DNA of 63,150 nucleotides, filler included, from Sphaeroforma arctica JP610 (taxonomy: Eukaryota), in assembly GCF_001186125.1 (NCBI RefSeq). It is 6 parts of one record of this genome, joined end to end, with 100 filler letters (N's around TTAATTAATTAA, not from the genome) between each part and the next. Parts side by side here need not be neighbours in the genome. Positions count along the whole stretch, not along the records: positions 35,896 to 53,729 come from NW_014040544.1; 5 more parts are not named here. One strand, given 5' to 3'. A program made the translations under genes and the position numbers. Shown here one piece after another: positions 41,450 through 53,829 of the stretch; position 1 is the first letter of the stretch; every line of letters starts with the position of its first letter. Under the pieces are notes generated by a model. The model had not been told where the DNA came from. It worked only from the letters and a program-made list of their open reading frames with translations, and did not search any database.

Positions 41450-41535
<86 letters not shown>

Positions 41536-44500
41536 AATTGCTACAGGAATCCACGGTGCACAGCTCATCCACCGATTCGACCTCTGTGGCATCGCACTCG
41601 ACATCAGCACACACTCGCTGTACGCAGCAGTTGGCACAGGAGTCCGTTGTGCACTCGGTATCATCCTTACGAATGATACCGGCTCCACACGTGGTGTCGG
41701 CACAAAGCTGTGAACGAATATGAAACGAGTTTGAGTGAGAGATCTGTATGCGAGGCGTATCTCTGAGCACAAGCACCGTGGTCAGCCTAATGCGCAGGCC
41801 CATCGCACCAGCAACATGCTAAGTCGTACCAGCTATTGCACTACAACCGAATACAACTGGATGCAGTTTACACCCTGACATTCGCGGATGAATTGTTATC
41901 GAACCGCTGTACCCAACGAACTTCCCGCCCTGACTTCAACAAACAACTACGCACAAAGCTCCATCAACACGTGTTCCAGTACACACTCACCAGTTGCTCG
42001 CAGCAGTTGGTTCCTTGGGAATCCGAGAAGGTCTCGTCGCCGCTTCGCACCAGCCCAGGGCCACACGTGCGACTGCTACAGTCCTCTAGTTCACAGCAAT
42101 TCGAACAGTTATCCGATGAACAGTTTTCATCTCCGGTCTCGTACTCGTCTGTACGGCACGCGTCATCTGCATTGCATGTCAACTGCCTACAGCAGCCATT
42201 GCAGTCGTCGTCTGCGCATTGTTCCTGGTCGGTGCGCTCCTCTCCCGCCTCACACTCAAACTCTGAGCACAGCAGAGGCTTGCAGCAATTCGCGCAGGAG
42301 TCCGTGTTACAGTCCTCTCGCGGGGTCTGCTCAAAGCCGTCCCGGCACGGACGTACCTCGGTACAGGAGCGTTGCCTGCAGCAGTTGGTGCATTCGTCAT
42401 CGTCACACACAGTGGCGGAGGTTACCATCTCCCCAGGCACACACTCGTGGCTGCCACACACCAGTTGTCGGCAGCAGTTAGAGCAGGCGTTGTTGGTGCA
42501 ATCCGTTGCTCCGGTGCTCACAAAGCCTGGCGCACACTCCGAGATCTGAACCGCACACGTTCTACGCACACAGCAGTTGGAACAGTCGTCGTCCACACAG
42601 TCCTCGTCCGAGGTTTGCTCGAAGCCTGGATTGCAGCTTTCATCGGCACACTTGCGTTGCACACAGCAGTTGTCACAGCCATCCTCCTCACAGCGCTCAT
42701 CCCCACTGGGTCCCTCTCCAGGCACGTTGCAGGGGTTGTTAGAGCACAGCTTGGGCCGACAGCAGTTGTCGCAGTTGTCTGTGGTGCAGTCGCCCTGGCC
42801 GGGAATAGGCACAAAGTTGGGTGGGCACTCATACGCATCGCACGTCAGTTGGGTGCAGCAATTCACGCAGCTCAGCGTAGAGCAGTCCTCTACCTCCGAG
42901 TTGCGCACCTTACCTTCGCCACAGAAGCCGTCTGTGGCACAGGTCAGCTGCTCGCAGCAGTTGGTGCAGTCATCGTCTGTACAGTTCAGGTCGCCTGTGG
43001 CCGCCTCACCGCCTGAGCATGTGGAGGGGTCACAGACAAGCTGTGTGCAACACTCTGTGCACTCGTCTGTGTCACATGTGGTGATGTCGGCGTTCTTCTC
43101 TTGGCCAGCGGGACACTCGTGGCCGGAGCACAACAGGGCCCGACAACCTGTGGGAGTGCAATGTATGTGGGAGTTTGTGAAAGTCTTCTGGATGGCAACT
43201 GACACATTCACATATCATGTGGGTTTCAACAAGTTCGTTCATGGCTGTGAAGGGGATAATATAATAAACAAATATACGCCTTTGCTTACTCAAAGCAATC
43301 GTTATATGGATATATACACTATATTAGATAGACACTGAGGAGGTACCATAAAAGATGTTGGCAAGCACCACTTACCAATGCACATGGCGTGGTAGTTGTG
43401 CTTTACGATGGTCCCACAATGCCGATAGGCAATAAACTATCCATCCCCAGCACATGCACTTGCACGAGTACAACCAACAGACTGAACTCATTATTAGTTC
43501 AGCTATTCAGTAACTTACAATTGGTACATTCGTCATTGGTACAATTAACCGCAGCGGTCTTCTCAAACCCGTCATCACATGTGATTGGGGCGCAGGTCAG
43601 CTGTTCACAGCAACCGTCGCAACTCACATCAAGACATTCCACAAGTGCAGTTTCAGTGAAACCAGCAGCGCAGTCCTAAAAGGAAAAGGAGTGCCGTGCG
43701 AAACGCGATGTGGATAATAAATATGGGCGTAGAGTTTTTGCGATCACTTGATTGCATTTGATGTAAATAAAACAGTTGCTTGACAGAACATGGATGATGA
43801 ACATACAATAAAAGACACGTTTCAAAAAGCAACGGACATACGTGCAGACCAGGATATGTTGTGACATTTGAGAAACTAATGCAATGAAGTGATATAAACC
43901 TGTCAATGAATTTGATTTCATGCTGGGCAAACATGAGTTTCCTATTCCTATCAACATAGCACCAGTTGTACATCGGGGGTGACTTACCGCGTCTTCGACA
44001 CAGGTCTTGGCGAGCACACAGCAGTTAGTGCAGTCGTCGACAGAATCACAGGTATCCTCTCCGGTACGGTCAAAGCCTGGTGGGCACGTATTTGCGCTGC
44101 AGGAGATATCCTTGCAACAGTTGGCGCACGAATCAGAGGTACACTCGGTTTCGCCAGTCTGGACGCTATCAGGGTCGTCACAGTCAACATCTGCGCACAG
44201 CAGTTGGTCGCAGCACTGTGTGCAGTCTTCGTCCTGGCAGCTCTCGTCAATCTGCTCAGCGATTCGCACCGATCCAGGGCCACAGTTGGCATCTTCTCGG
44301 CAGGTGATCTTACGGAAGCATCTGTCGCAGTTCCCGGGCGATATATTCCCGAGATCGTCACGGCAGAACACCAGCTCAGTGCGTGTCAAAAACGGATCGG
44401 GTATAGGGTTGCCCCGACATAGGTTCTCAGAGGGTGTGCCTATGCAACACTCTTCACAACTCTCTGAGGTGCACTCCAATACGCCGGTACGAGCAGATCC

Positions 44501-46429
44501 AGTGGGACATGTCACGTCGTCGTCGCAGAGTATCTTACGACAACAGTTTGCGCAGATGGCATCATCGCATTGTTCGTCGCCTGAAATGGTTAGACCCACC
44601 CCGCACACAACGTTCTCACAGCTGTCTTGTTCATCACTACCGTTATCACATGGCGGACAGGGAAGCAGTCCGTTCCAGTTGTTACCTGTGGTGTAATATA
44701 AACGTCAGATCGAGCGGAACCAACGAAGGCTGTTTAAACGGCTTCTAGTGCGAATCATAGAATGCAACTTGCCATGACTAACTGAGCGCCAATGGGTAAA
44801 GACAGCACACATCTAAAACTGAACTGAACCTCATGTATGCAATACAGTACGCTTTATATGAGAAGCACAGCCGTACGCAATCGATAGCAATCAGCAACCG
44901 AAACATGATAAATGCCGCCGTTCTCACATACGAAAACTACGCCACCCATATATGCGAATTCAGAACAATGTAGCATCTTAGTTCGAATGTCGCTTTTCTT
45001 TGGAGTCGCCTATATTTTCTTTACTTACCGAACAATGGAGACTGTGGGCATGGGCAGAGCGTTGGTAAGCAAACGGTGATGACAGGTCCGGTGAAGGTAT
45101 TCTCGCAAAATAAATTCTCGTACGCACAGAAGCTCGCAGAAGCACAGTCGGACGTAACATTCACCGTGTCACAGGCGAATGGCGTGCACATGAGCCCTTC
45201 TGAGATGAAGTTAGGACTGCACACGGCACAAACCCACTCGAAAGCACCGGATGTGGGATTGTACCAGGTGCTCAGCGCCATACAGTCACTGGGGAGGGCT
45301 ATAGAGGTAGGGAGGTTCCAATGGTGAGTGGTTAGACTATGGCATCAGCACTATCAGCACTACGCCCGCGAGATATCAAGAATACCGATGTTCATCCCAA
45401 AGAGAAGCACAAAGTGTGTGTTAGTGGGTTGTCAATTGCGTTGAGCAATTCTGTGTTAGGTTTTAGGTTGTAGTTCTATTTTTGAGTTGCGCTACGTATG
45501 CTTCGGATGATTTGAACGAAATCTTCTTACAGTGGGTCCGAGTACTAAACAGATCAAGTAAATAATGGAGACCTGAACATGCCTTCAGAACTCCCATTTG
45601 CATTTCATACCATTTTCAAAGGATATTGGCAACTTACAAACTACACGATCAAACCAGTGGAGGTGAATATTCAGCCGACATCACGTGCACATTACAATTG
45701 CATACACAATAATCCCGATGACTTGTGAAGATGGCATACTTAAACCTGTACAAATATATTCAACCACACATTGATACACTTACCTGGTTCGGGTCCGGGG
45801 CCCAGGGGTGTGAGTGATCCACTTGGGTCGGGCAAGGTAATGCCACAGTACTCGAAACCTGCCACGGAAGTACTGTTTAGCGCACACTGTGCGATTCCAG
45901 AGTACGTGAGATTCAGGACTGCTTGCTGGCAAGCATCTTCACAGACTGTTCCTACGATGGTCGACATAGACTTGTTGGCAGTTCCCGTTGTGTAATAATC
46001 CAAAAAGTGCATTGGATGCTCTGCAGTGCACCCAGGTGACTCACATATCAAATCATTCAGTTCGGTCTTAATTGCTTGAAAGTCTGCAAATGTGAGGCTG
46101 CCCCTTACACAGAGCTCTACTACTGAGCAATTAGGCGCATTTAACAGACCACATTCGTTAGCTTCAACTAAACGCGTCACCACGACGGTCTCTGTCTCGA
46201 TGTCGGTTTCGTATTCAGTGATGCCACTCTGAAAGGCATCGCCCATGTCACTCGTTTCTGCAGTCATAGCTGTGCTGGATATTATACCATTTCCTGTGCC
46301 TGATCCCTTATTTCCGATGATCGGTCCAGCACCACCCACCTTCACCAAGTCTGCCTTGACAAATGTATTTAAAGACGCGATCGCGGCCAAATATCCGATG
46401 CCCAGAGGCAGCGTACAAAGGTGCATCAT
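31263..46429 (-). CDS. Giant secreted cysteine-rich protein (~25 exons, roughly 2000-2500 aa): signal peptide, ~38-40 six-Cys repeats, myxococcal-type CG(D/N)G...E(E/Q)C(D/E) repeats, TSP1-like bits and a C-terminal beta-rich domain
   Basis: ATG at 46429 (MMHLCTLPLGIGYLAAIASLNTFVKA). Repeat exons lie between ~44686 and ~37387. CGDDVISGTEQCE, CGDGVKTDNEECE, CGNGVVDTGNGEECDEG and CGDGTVDTIRNEQCDPP lie at 37170-33780. The last exon ends at the stop at 31263 with no TM. Continuity across the gap at 35796-35895 is assumed from shared motifs. Confidence 0.8.
33960..34112. repeat. Intronic tandem repeat, ~43 bp x 3-4
   Basis: tag(c/t)atgtgtga.gagtagtacatgagcct..aataagcga is repeated. Confidence 0.8.
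40617..40995. repeat. Intronic tandem repeat, ~120 bp x 3, with (GT)n cores
   Basis: cctgata(t/c)aacagtacatata.aaa.ggaaagta.agttgtgtg occurs at ~40617, 40734 and 40859. Confidence 0.8.
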
Positions 46430-48429
46430 TGTGATGTACAATAAATTCACCACACGAACAGGCGTTCAATAGTTGTACCTGAATATTTTGTGGCAGTATT
46501 CGGGTATACTGTATGGGAATGGAGGACCGAAGTTATAGTCAATACTATTACTATGCGGCGGATAAGTATGCAAGAGCATATGATGAATCAGAGTATTTTT
46601 TTCAACACAATGAAGATAGAAAACCTCATTTTTTTTAAACCGAGTATAATCCACCTGATCAGATCCGATTTGCTGAAACATTTTTATACGGCAGTCCGGC
46701 GACTGGGGTGTCTGGCCGTCCGCTGGTCACAGTGATCACTGATCATTGATCTCTGGCACTGATCTCTGGCATGATAAGCCAGTAAATAGGTGCACCATAG
46801 TCCTCTCCTTCCTTTCCTCATTCCTGTACCCGCCCAACAGTTTTCTGTACATTTATAAATATATATAAATGTCTTTTGTCTTGCTGTTTTTAGTTTTTTG
46901 AGTGTTTTCCATCCTCAGAGTCTTTTAAAATTGTACTTTGCACTAGAGGTTAAATAAGCACCAATAATACTAAGATGTTTTGCGGTGAGTAGGCTGGTAA
47001 CTATGGACTATTTAGATTTTAGAGTATGAATAATGAAACACAAAGTTTAAGAATTTCATAGCATCCTGCGTCGACCTGCGAGGCTGCGACCTGCGGAGTC
47101 CTGATTCCTGAAGTCCTGACTGACCTGACAAAAAGACAACTTGACTCCTGCTTTTTTATAAAAATATACATATATATTTATTTATTTGTGTGTGAGTGTG
47201 CAGGTGCAGTCGTGCACGCTGCACTGAGCAGTGGGCCTGTGTGCATAAATGTCTAATTTAGAAGGCTATGAATAGACAAATAGACCCCCTAAATACAGTG
47301 ATACAGATTATCTCGTTAAAAATCAAAACCAAGATTCTTTTTTAGACAAAAACAAAAAAACCCAAAAAAACAATAAAAATAAAGAATCTGTATTCGACCT
47401 ATTATACTCTCGCGCTGACGGCCTGACGCTCTCAGTCTCGACTCTCGAGACTCGCCGTCTCGCGCGAGTTGCGTGGCTGGTCTCTCCTCTCGGACGTGGA
47501 GTCGTGGACTCGCGGGTGCTGCCACCACGCCGCCGTGACCTTCAACTGTTTTTCAAGTTTTTACACACATACCCAACAGTAAACTTTTTTTTTAGTTTTT
47601 TTTTAAACAAAATACATATTTTCATTTTTGCAAACATAAAATAGCCCACTCGAACTTAGAAGTGAACAGCCATATTTCGGGTCAGACAACACAAAAAAAT
47701 TGGGACGGAAGAGAGCGGCATCTAAATTTAGAGAAACATCCCACTGACACATGTCATAGTTTAAATATTTGTACTGAAAAGTACCTAAAATCATAAATAA
47801 AGTGGTTGAACGATGTGTGTTGTGCTTACAATCGGAATGTACATTATGTTGGACATAACAAATCAGTCAGTGACAATCTCAAGTGAATTGAAAGGTGTCA
47901 TGTCACAAGCAATATGACATCGTGTCAAGAACAGAGCAGGTTGCCGCCCTAAGCAATAAATCTCTATATGACCCCAGTAGGGGAATCAAATAAACTTACT
48001 TCTTATCTGTTTACATCCGTCTAACAGATTATGGGCCTCGAATTTCACCCGATAGTAAGTCAAATATACAATTAATACCCATCTAAACATCAACTAAACT
48101 AAACACTATATAGACATCAAGTCAAACATAGCAGAAAGTTCCTAGAACAAATTTGGAAAATATCACAAATTTTCATATTTATGTCTGATGCAACGGCACC
48201 TCGACTGGCGGTGGGGTGGAGACTGACGGTGACGTATAAGTTTGCTTATGACGACACCACCTATGCGTAGGCTGATTTCAGTTATCACACTTTGAAATGA
48301 TGTCCGACAGTTACATGCCTTCTAATCATTCGACAGAGGCTTAAGGATGCTCTCAGTATTGCTTACACAATGTGCTGGCACACGTGACGTACGATCATCT
48401 GAGTGACGGTGATTAATTATGCTGCCGGC

Positions 48430-49540
48430 GGCCCGATACATGAAAACCCCCTCAAAACAACACTGGCTAGCTGCACAACGTATTTTCCGTTATCTGAAAG
48501 GTGTGGTCAAAACCAAGTATCACTTAGTGACGAGTGTTAAGTCTGAAATAAGTGAGCTCAGTCAGTAAATCACGATCCTATGGGAAATGAGACTTTCTCT
48601 AGCATTGGGTTCTGTGAAAATATTCGCCTCCATGGTTTTAGATCAGTCATCACTTCTATCTTATTAAATTCTCAATTCCACTAATTGGTCCGGTCCTTTG
48701 GTCCGGTCTGCTCAAATATTCCTCTGGTCCAGGTCCGGTCCTCAGAGCCGGTCCTAAATATCTACCTAGGGTACTTTGTCGACAAAGGTACATCACATCT
48801 CGGACTCACCTATAAATACCAACAGGGATCTCCTATTGCTGACGCTATTTCTGACGCCGACTATGCCGCCTGCCCTGATACTCGTCATTTCACTACAGGC
48901 TGGTCGCTTATGGCATGCATACACTCATCAAATCCATCCTACTCGGAATGGAGTTCCGTCAAGCTGCTTGCGATCCTTACCTATTCATCGCCCATAGTGA
49001 TAACCTAAAGTGCTTTGTACTTCTCTATGATGATGATATCCTTTTTTGTGGCCATCGACCAACCGATGTCGATGACTTTAAATCACTTCTCCAAGCCGAG
49101 TTCAATTGTAAGAACTTAGGCAAACCCAGTTGGATATTGGGTGTACGTGTGCTCACCACGTCGGACTTCATCAGCTTAGTGCAAGACATCTACATCCGCG
49201 ACGCCTTATATACCTTCAAATTAGCTGAGAGTCATCTGTACACCCTGCACCGACCCCGTCAACATAAGATATAGTATCTAAAATATACCGGTCCTTGCCA
49301 CAAGTGTGCATACCCTAAATTTATCGGCACGCCACAGTATCTATCTGTACTCACACGTATTGATATGAGCTACGTCCTCAATACATTAGATCGATACATG
49401 GAGAACCCCTCCCAACAACACTGGCTAGCTGCACAACGTATTCTCCGTTATCTGAAAGGTAAATCACATCTCGGACTCGTCTATAACTACCAACAGAGAT
49501 CTCCTATCGCTGACACTATTTCTGACGCAAACTATGCCTG
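48430..49540 (+). mobile_element. Fragmented Ty1/copia pol (RT/RNase H) relics
   Basis: DPYLF, LLYDDDILF (degenerate YVDD), LGKPSWILGV, ENPSQQHWLAAQRILRYLKG (also at ~48440-48503) and SDADYAACPDTRHFTTGW, rearranged and interrupted. Confidence 0.88.
48510..48760. repeat. Dispersed repeat with an inverted counterpart at ~59695-60085
   Basis: gagtgttaagtctgaaataagtga.ctcagtcag and ggtccggtcct..ggtccggtc are reverse complements of ctgactgagttcacttatttcagacttaacactc (~60040-60073) and ggaccggaccagaggaccggacc (~59737-59759). Confidence 0.75.
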
Positions 49541-49603
49541 TAGGGATAATATTATTTATTTCAAAGGAGTTAAGTTACAATGTTTGTACATATGGTATGG
49601 CTC

Positions 49604-50290
49604 TCATAGCCGTTGTAGTGGTTCTGGGAAGATCGATGGGAAGAAGTGGTCATTAAATTCCCTGTTGAAGCTTGGACCAAGTGAGTCGACAATGGAGGAT
49701 ATGCGCTGGGTCAATTCAGGCCGGTGCTGACAAAACACTGACACCATCGAGTGTGCCACGTATTCGCTTTCTGGTCTACTAAATAGCGTACCCACCTCTG
49801 TGGTTCGGATCGGGTATTTGTCGTGTAGTGCTGTGGAATGGGCTAGTGCAGAGTACGAAATGCCAAGTAGGACCAGGTTATCTGTCATATTTCGGTTAAG
49901 GAGCGAGGTTGGAGTTAAACCGATGCCGCACCAGACCACGGATGCACTCGGTATGTGCTGATTTGCCTGTATTAGAAGTATCATAGGCGGAACCAACAGG
50001 CACGATGAATTGGTTTGGACCGAAATTTGGAAGTAATACTTCAACCGCGTGATTAGTCGGGGTATAGGAAACATCTGTTGATATGTCAGAGACGGGTGTG
50101 GGTACAGGGGTTGTTCTACATGCTAGAGAAAATATCCAAGGTGTTCGTGGAGGGTCCAGATACCATGGAAGTCGTGGCGCTCCTGTAGTTGCTGGAGAAG
50201 ATCAGGGCCGATGAGAGGCAGTTTTGGGCTTACTAGGATGCATTGGATCAGTTGCTGGATGCAGGCAAAGTGGCTGGTGGTGAATTTTTG
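49604..50290 (-). pseudogene. Decayed ORF of an unidentified repeat family (copy 1)
   Basis: HFACI...IGPDLLQQLQERHDFHGIWTLHEHL...KYYFQISVQT...LLVPPMIL...SVVWCGI is matched by the copy at 60094-60555, and its C-terminal part by ~59490-59690. Confidence 0.7.
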
Positions 50291-51549
50291 GCCACCGGTG
50301 TAGCATCTAAGGACCAGATTATCAAAACAAACAAACAAAAGCCAATCCAAATCACAAAACCCCGAATAATTAAATACTGAGTTTTGGAATCAGGATTGGA
50401 ATATTTCTGATATTAGAGTCACCAGAAATAGTAGCGTTAGAACCGGTAAGCTATACCGGAATTCCGCATGTGAGAGAAACACTCAAGTAATTCTGAGTCT
50501 AGTGAAAACACAAATAAAGACTCAGTTCGGTTCTCTCAGACTAAGGACTTTCCCTAGCTGAGATAACCGTACTTGAGAAGAGATCTATTGTATCCTATTG
50601 TCTTGTACCTTTCAGCTACTCTCCATACTCTACATTTTTCACAATCTTAGATAAGTCAACAAGTAACCTAGCACACTAAAGAAGTAAAACCAGAGGTGTG
50701 AAAGATAAAACCTTTATTACTGTATTCTGCATATTTAAGCAACCTACGATGAAGTAGTGGGGACCCAGTCAAGAGGAGCAACCTGAGATGTTGAGCCGAC
50801 GACAGAGACGACAGAAGGGCTTTCAAGATAGAAGACAGAAGAAGGAAGAGAAGAAAGAGAAAGCAACTCCTCAGGTAGCAACAGGACTTCAGAACAACAA
50901 CTGAGGTAAAGCATAACGTGTCCAGAAGTAAGCTGGTCACGTTATAGAGTGTTACAACAGTCTGGATGAGTGAACAGTATTGTTACCTAGAAAAAAATTA
51001 TTAGGTGTCAAGGTGATTAATTAATCAATGTTGGGGATTTTCGAATAAAAAAATCCACTGACGTCAGGACCCCTCAGAACCAACACGAGACAATACCCAC
51101 ACAGAATCCACACAACTTAGGCTGGAGCTAGTGTACAATTATAAGAACATTTCAAGTGAGAGGCTTGCTAATTGACCCCCTCAAAGAGCATTAACTAGCA
51201 AGTAAAGGGGTAGCTTGATGATCAATGTATGCATCACAAATCTCTCAAAGACAAGCTAAGCATCACAAGTCAGATACCAAAATAGAACTGACAAAGGTAA
51301 TAATAGACAAGCTACAAGGGTATTAAAAGGGGCTGGATAATTCACTCACAGGAAGTACTATCTAGTGATTTTATAATTAACTTTATAATTATTACACGGG
51401 AATTAGAGATCACATATTAAGATCAATATAAATCCACACACCCTAAGACAGCAAATACGCATACCAGTTAAATCTTCAGAGGAGATCACATATATGGTGA
51501 TGCAAAAGCAGAAAACTATATACTTTTCGGCACAAGAAAAGCCTAGCAA

Positions 51550-53545
51550 ATAGTCTTTGCATCAAACGTGCTAAGATCACACATCACGCACCGTCTGCCT
51601 TCCACGCGAGATCATTTATGGTGAATTGAAATCAGCAAACAACACACATACATAAGGGGCCTTGATACTTACCCTCAGTTATATACTGATGGTGTTTTTA
51701 CTAGTGTTCACCCACTTGGGTTGGCCAGGGTAAAACCTCATATGATCAGTATGAGAAACCTTATGCAGAACACTTTAGCACACAGATATATTTTCTAAAA
51801 ATAAATATATCATATTCTCTGTGTACTACACTCAGTCTCGGACCTCGGCTCTCGGCTAGCCGGTGGCCCGTATCCTATAAATAGAATAACCTGAGAAGAA
51901 GTCTCAAATTACTATTACGTTCTCTCGGGCTGACCCACCTATACTTATATTAATTGAGAACAAGTCCCAGATTACTCTCGGGCTGACGACGTAAAACGTT
52001 ATTAACGTATACAGAAATACGTCTACTACTGTAGTCTCTCAGGCTGACAGACTCAATGTATTTACAGAGGAAGAAACGTTGTTAATAAATGCAAATGATA
52101 TAAATTATCAACCTTTATCTATCTTTAATTCCCGCACCACGAGACCAACGTTTACACATGGACATACAAATCAATAGCAATTCATACAATGCACTAGTAG
52201 ACTCGGGTGCACAACGCTCATGCACGGACAAAAGTGTAGTATCATAACTATATCTTTCAGTTAGAGCGCAACCGGGTTATATACAACTAGCACAAACAAA
52301 TGCAAGAATACAACGCACTGGTTCAACAGAAGTTTGTGACATTAACTATGGAGGTAGAAAGACCTCTCGGTGTTTTTAAAGTATTGGACTTACCTGACAA
52401 AAAGACACCAATACTTCTAGGTAGGGACATTCTACCATACATAGGTATATACATAGCAGGGGTAATCAATCCACTTATACCCACAGATGCAAGATGGGAA
52501 TTACTCCTCACACCACATGAAGAGGACCCAGAGCATGAACAAGAAGGTCTCAGAGAGTCACTTACAGACCTTCTAGATACCAATGCAAATATACCTTCTG
52601 ATGTACATTGCAACCTACCAGGCTTCACAGTCACAGTACTCGCAAATGAAATCAACGTCAGACAAATGAGGCACGCTAACGGCAATTTTGTACATCACAA
52701 ATATATTCCACAAACGGATGAGAATTCGCAAAGGTGGCTTAAGGATGGTTATATATACAAACGTGACACACCCACAACGGTGAACCTACCGTTGTTATCA
52801 ACAGGTAAACATGACCAAACAGGTCTCTTCAAGAAAGTAAGGACATGTCTAGACTTACGTGAGATCAAATATCAATATAAACAAGATAATTTTGTGTTAC
52901 CGAAAATAAAGGAAGTATTACACGACCTCCAAGGAGCACAATTATTTTCGAAGCTAGATCTTACAGGAGGATTTCACCATTTCCTGGTAGACGAAGCAAG
53001 CCAACACTTCTTCACATTCTCGTGGAGAGGAGCGCAATACTCATTCAAGTCTGCGCCGTTTGGACTACACTCACTCACAGCACAATTCCAATGAGTCATG
53101 GCAAATCTGCTCATAGACATCAAAGGAGTGCAAGTGTATGTAGATGACATAGTCATTGCAAGTCTTACGGAGGAAGAACACCGCAAACCAGTTCGTGAAG
53201 TAATCAAGCGACTGAATGGTGCAAACTTCCGACTCAATCACAACAAGTGTGCCTTCGCGGTCAAAGTGGTCAACATACTCGGTGTGAAAGTCACCACACA
53301 GGGACTCAAAGCAGACCCTGAGAAACAGAAAATAATGATGGACTGGCCACTACCCAGAAGAAAAAGAGATCTGCACAAAGCAGTGGGACTAGCAAATTAC
53401 ATGCGAGACCGTGTCCCTAACTTTGCCCACACAACGAAACACTTTCGGAACCTAAAATGAACCAGAACATATCCATGTTATGGACTCCGGAACTCAAACA
53501 GAAGTGGGAAGAACTCAAAGAAGCCATTGTAATAGCCGGGCCTCC
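51550..53545 (+). mobile_element. Decayed Ty3/gypsy gag-pol: degenerate CCHC knuckle, aspartic protease, reverse transcriptase and connection region
   Basis: LCIKRAKITHH..C at ~51556, ALVDSGA at ~52191-52211, PILLGRDIL, RTCLDLR, FSKLDLTGGFHH, APFGL, VYVDDIV and WPLP. There is a frameshift after the protease active site and an in-frame TGA at 53092. Confidence 0.92.
51671..52043 (+). mobile_element. ~370-bp dispersed non-coding element (copy 1), inserted between gag and protease
   Basis: Closely similar to 59129-59490 from accctcagttatatactgatgg to tgtagtctctcagg. An inverted 3' fragment lies at ~58965-59043. Confidence 0.85.
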
Positions 53546-53829
53546 ACATTAGACTCTATGTTATAAACGTACTCTTAATAGTACGAGGAACTTAAGTTTC
53601 CTAAATGGTTTTTAATGGTTTTGTTAATTAATACCTTTTCCATTTTACATATCAGATATTTGGACGAGACCATTAAAAGGTCCCAGTAAAATACCAAACA
53701 TAAGATTTGGTCTAGTTCTATTAATAGAGNNNNNNNNNNNNNNNNNNNNNNNNNNNNNNNNNNNNNNNNNNNNTTAATTAATTAANNNNNNNNNNNNNNN
53801 NNNNNNNNNNNNNNNNNNNNNNNNNNNNN

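Noticed and set aside
38169..44748. Long plus-strand ORFs rich in QQLxQ/S (e.g. 41836-42549, 42577-43338, 44007-44696)
   Set aside because: They are antisense shadows of the Cys-repeat exons; the splice signals support the minus strand.
53092..53097. Programmed readthrough or selenocysteine at the in-frame TGA in RT
   Set aside because: The position corresponds to a conserved Arg, and the element has other stops and frameshifts, so this is simple decay.
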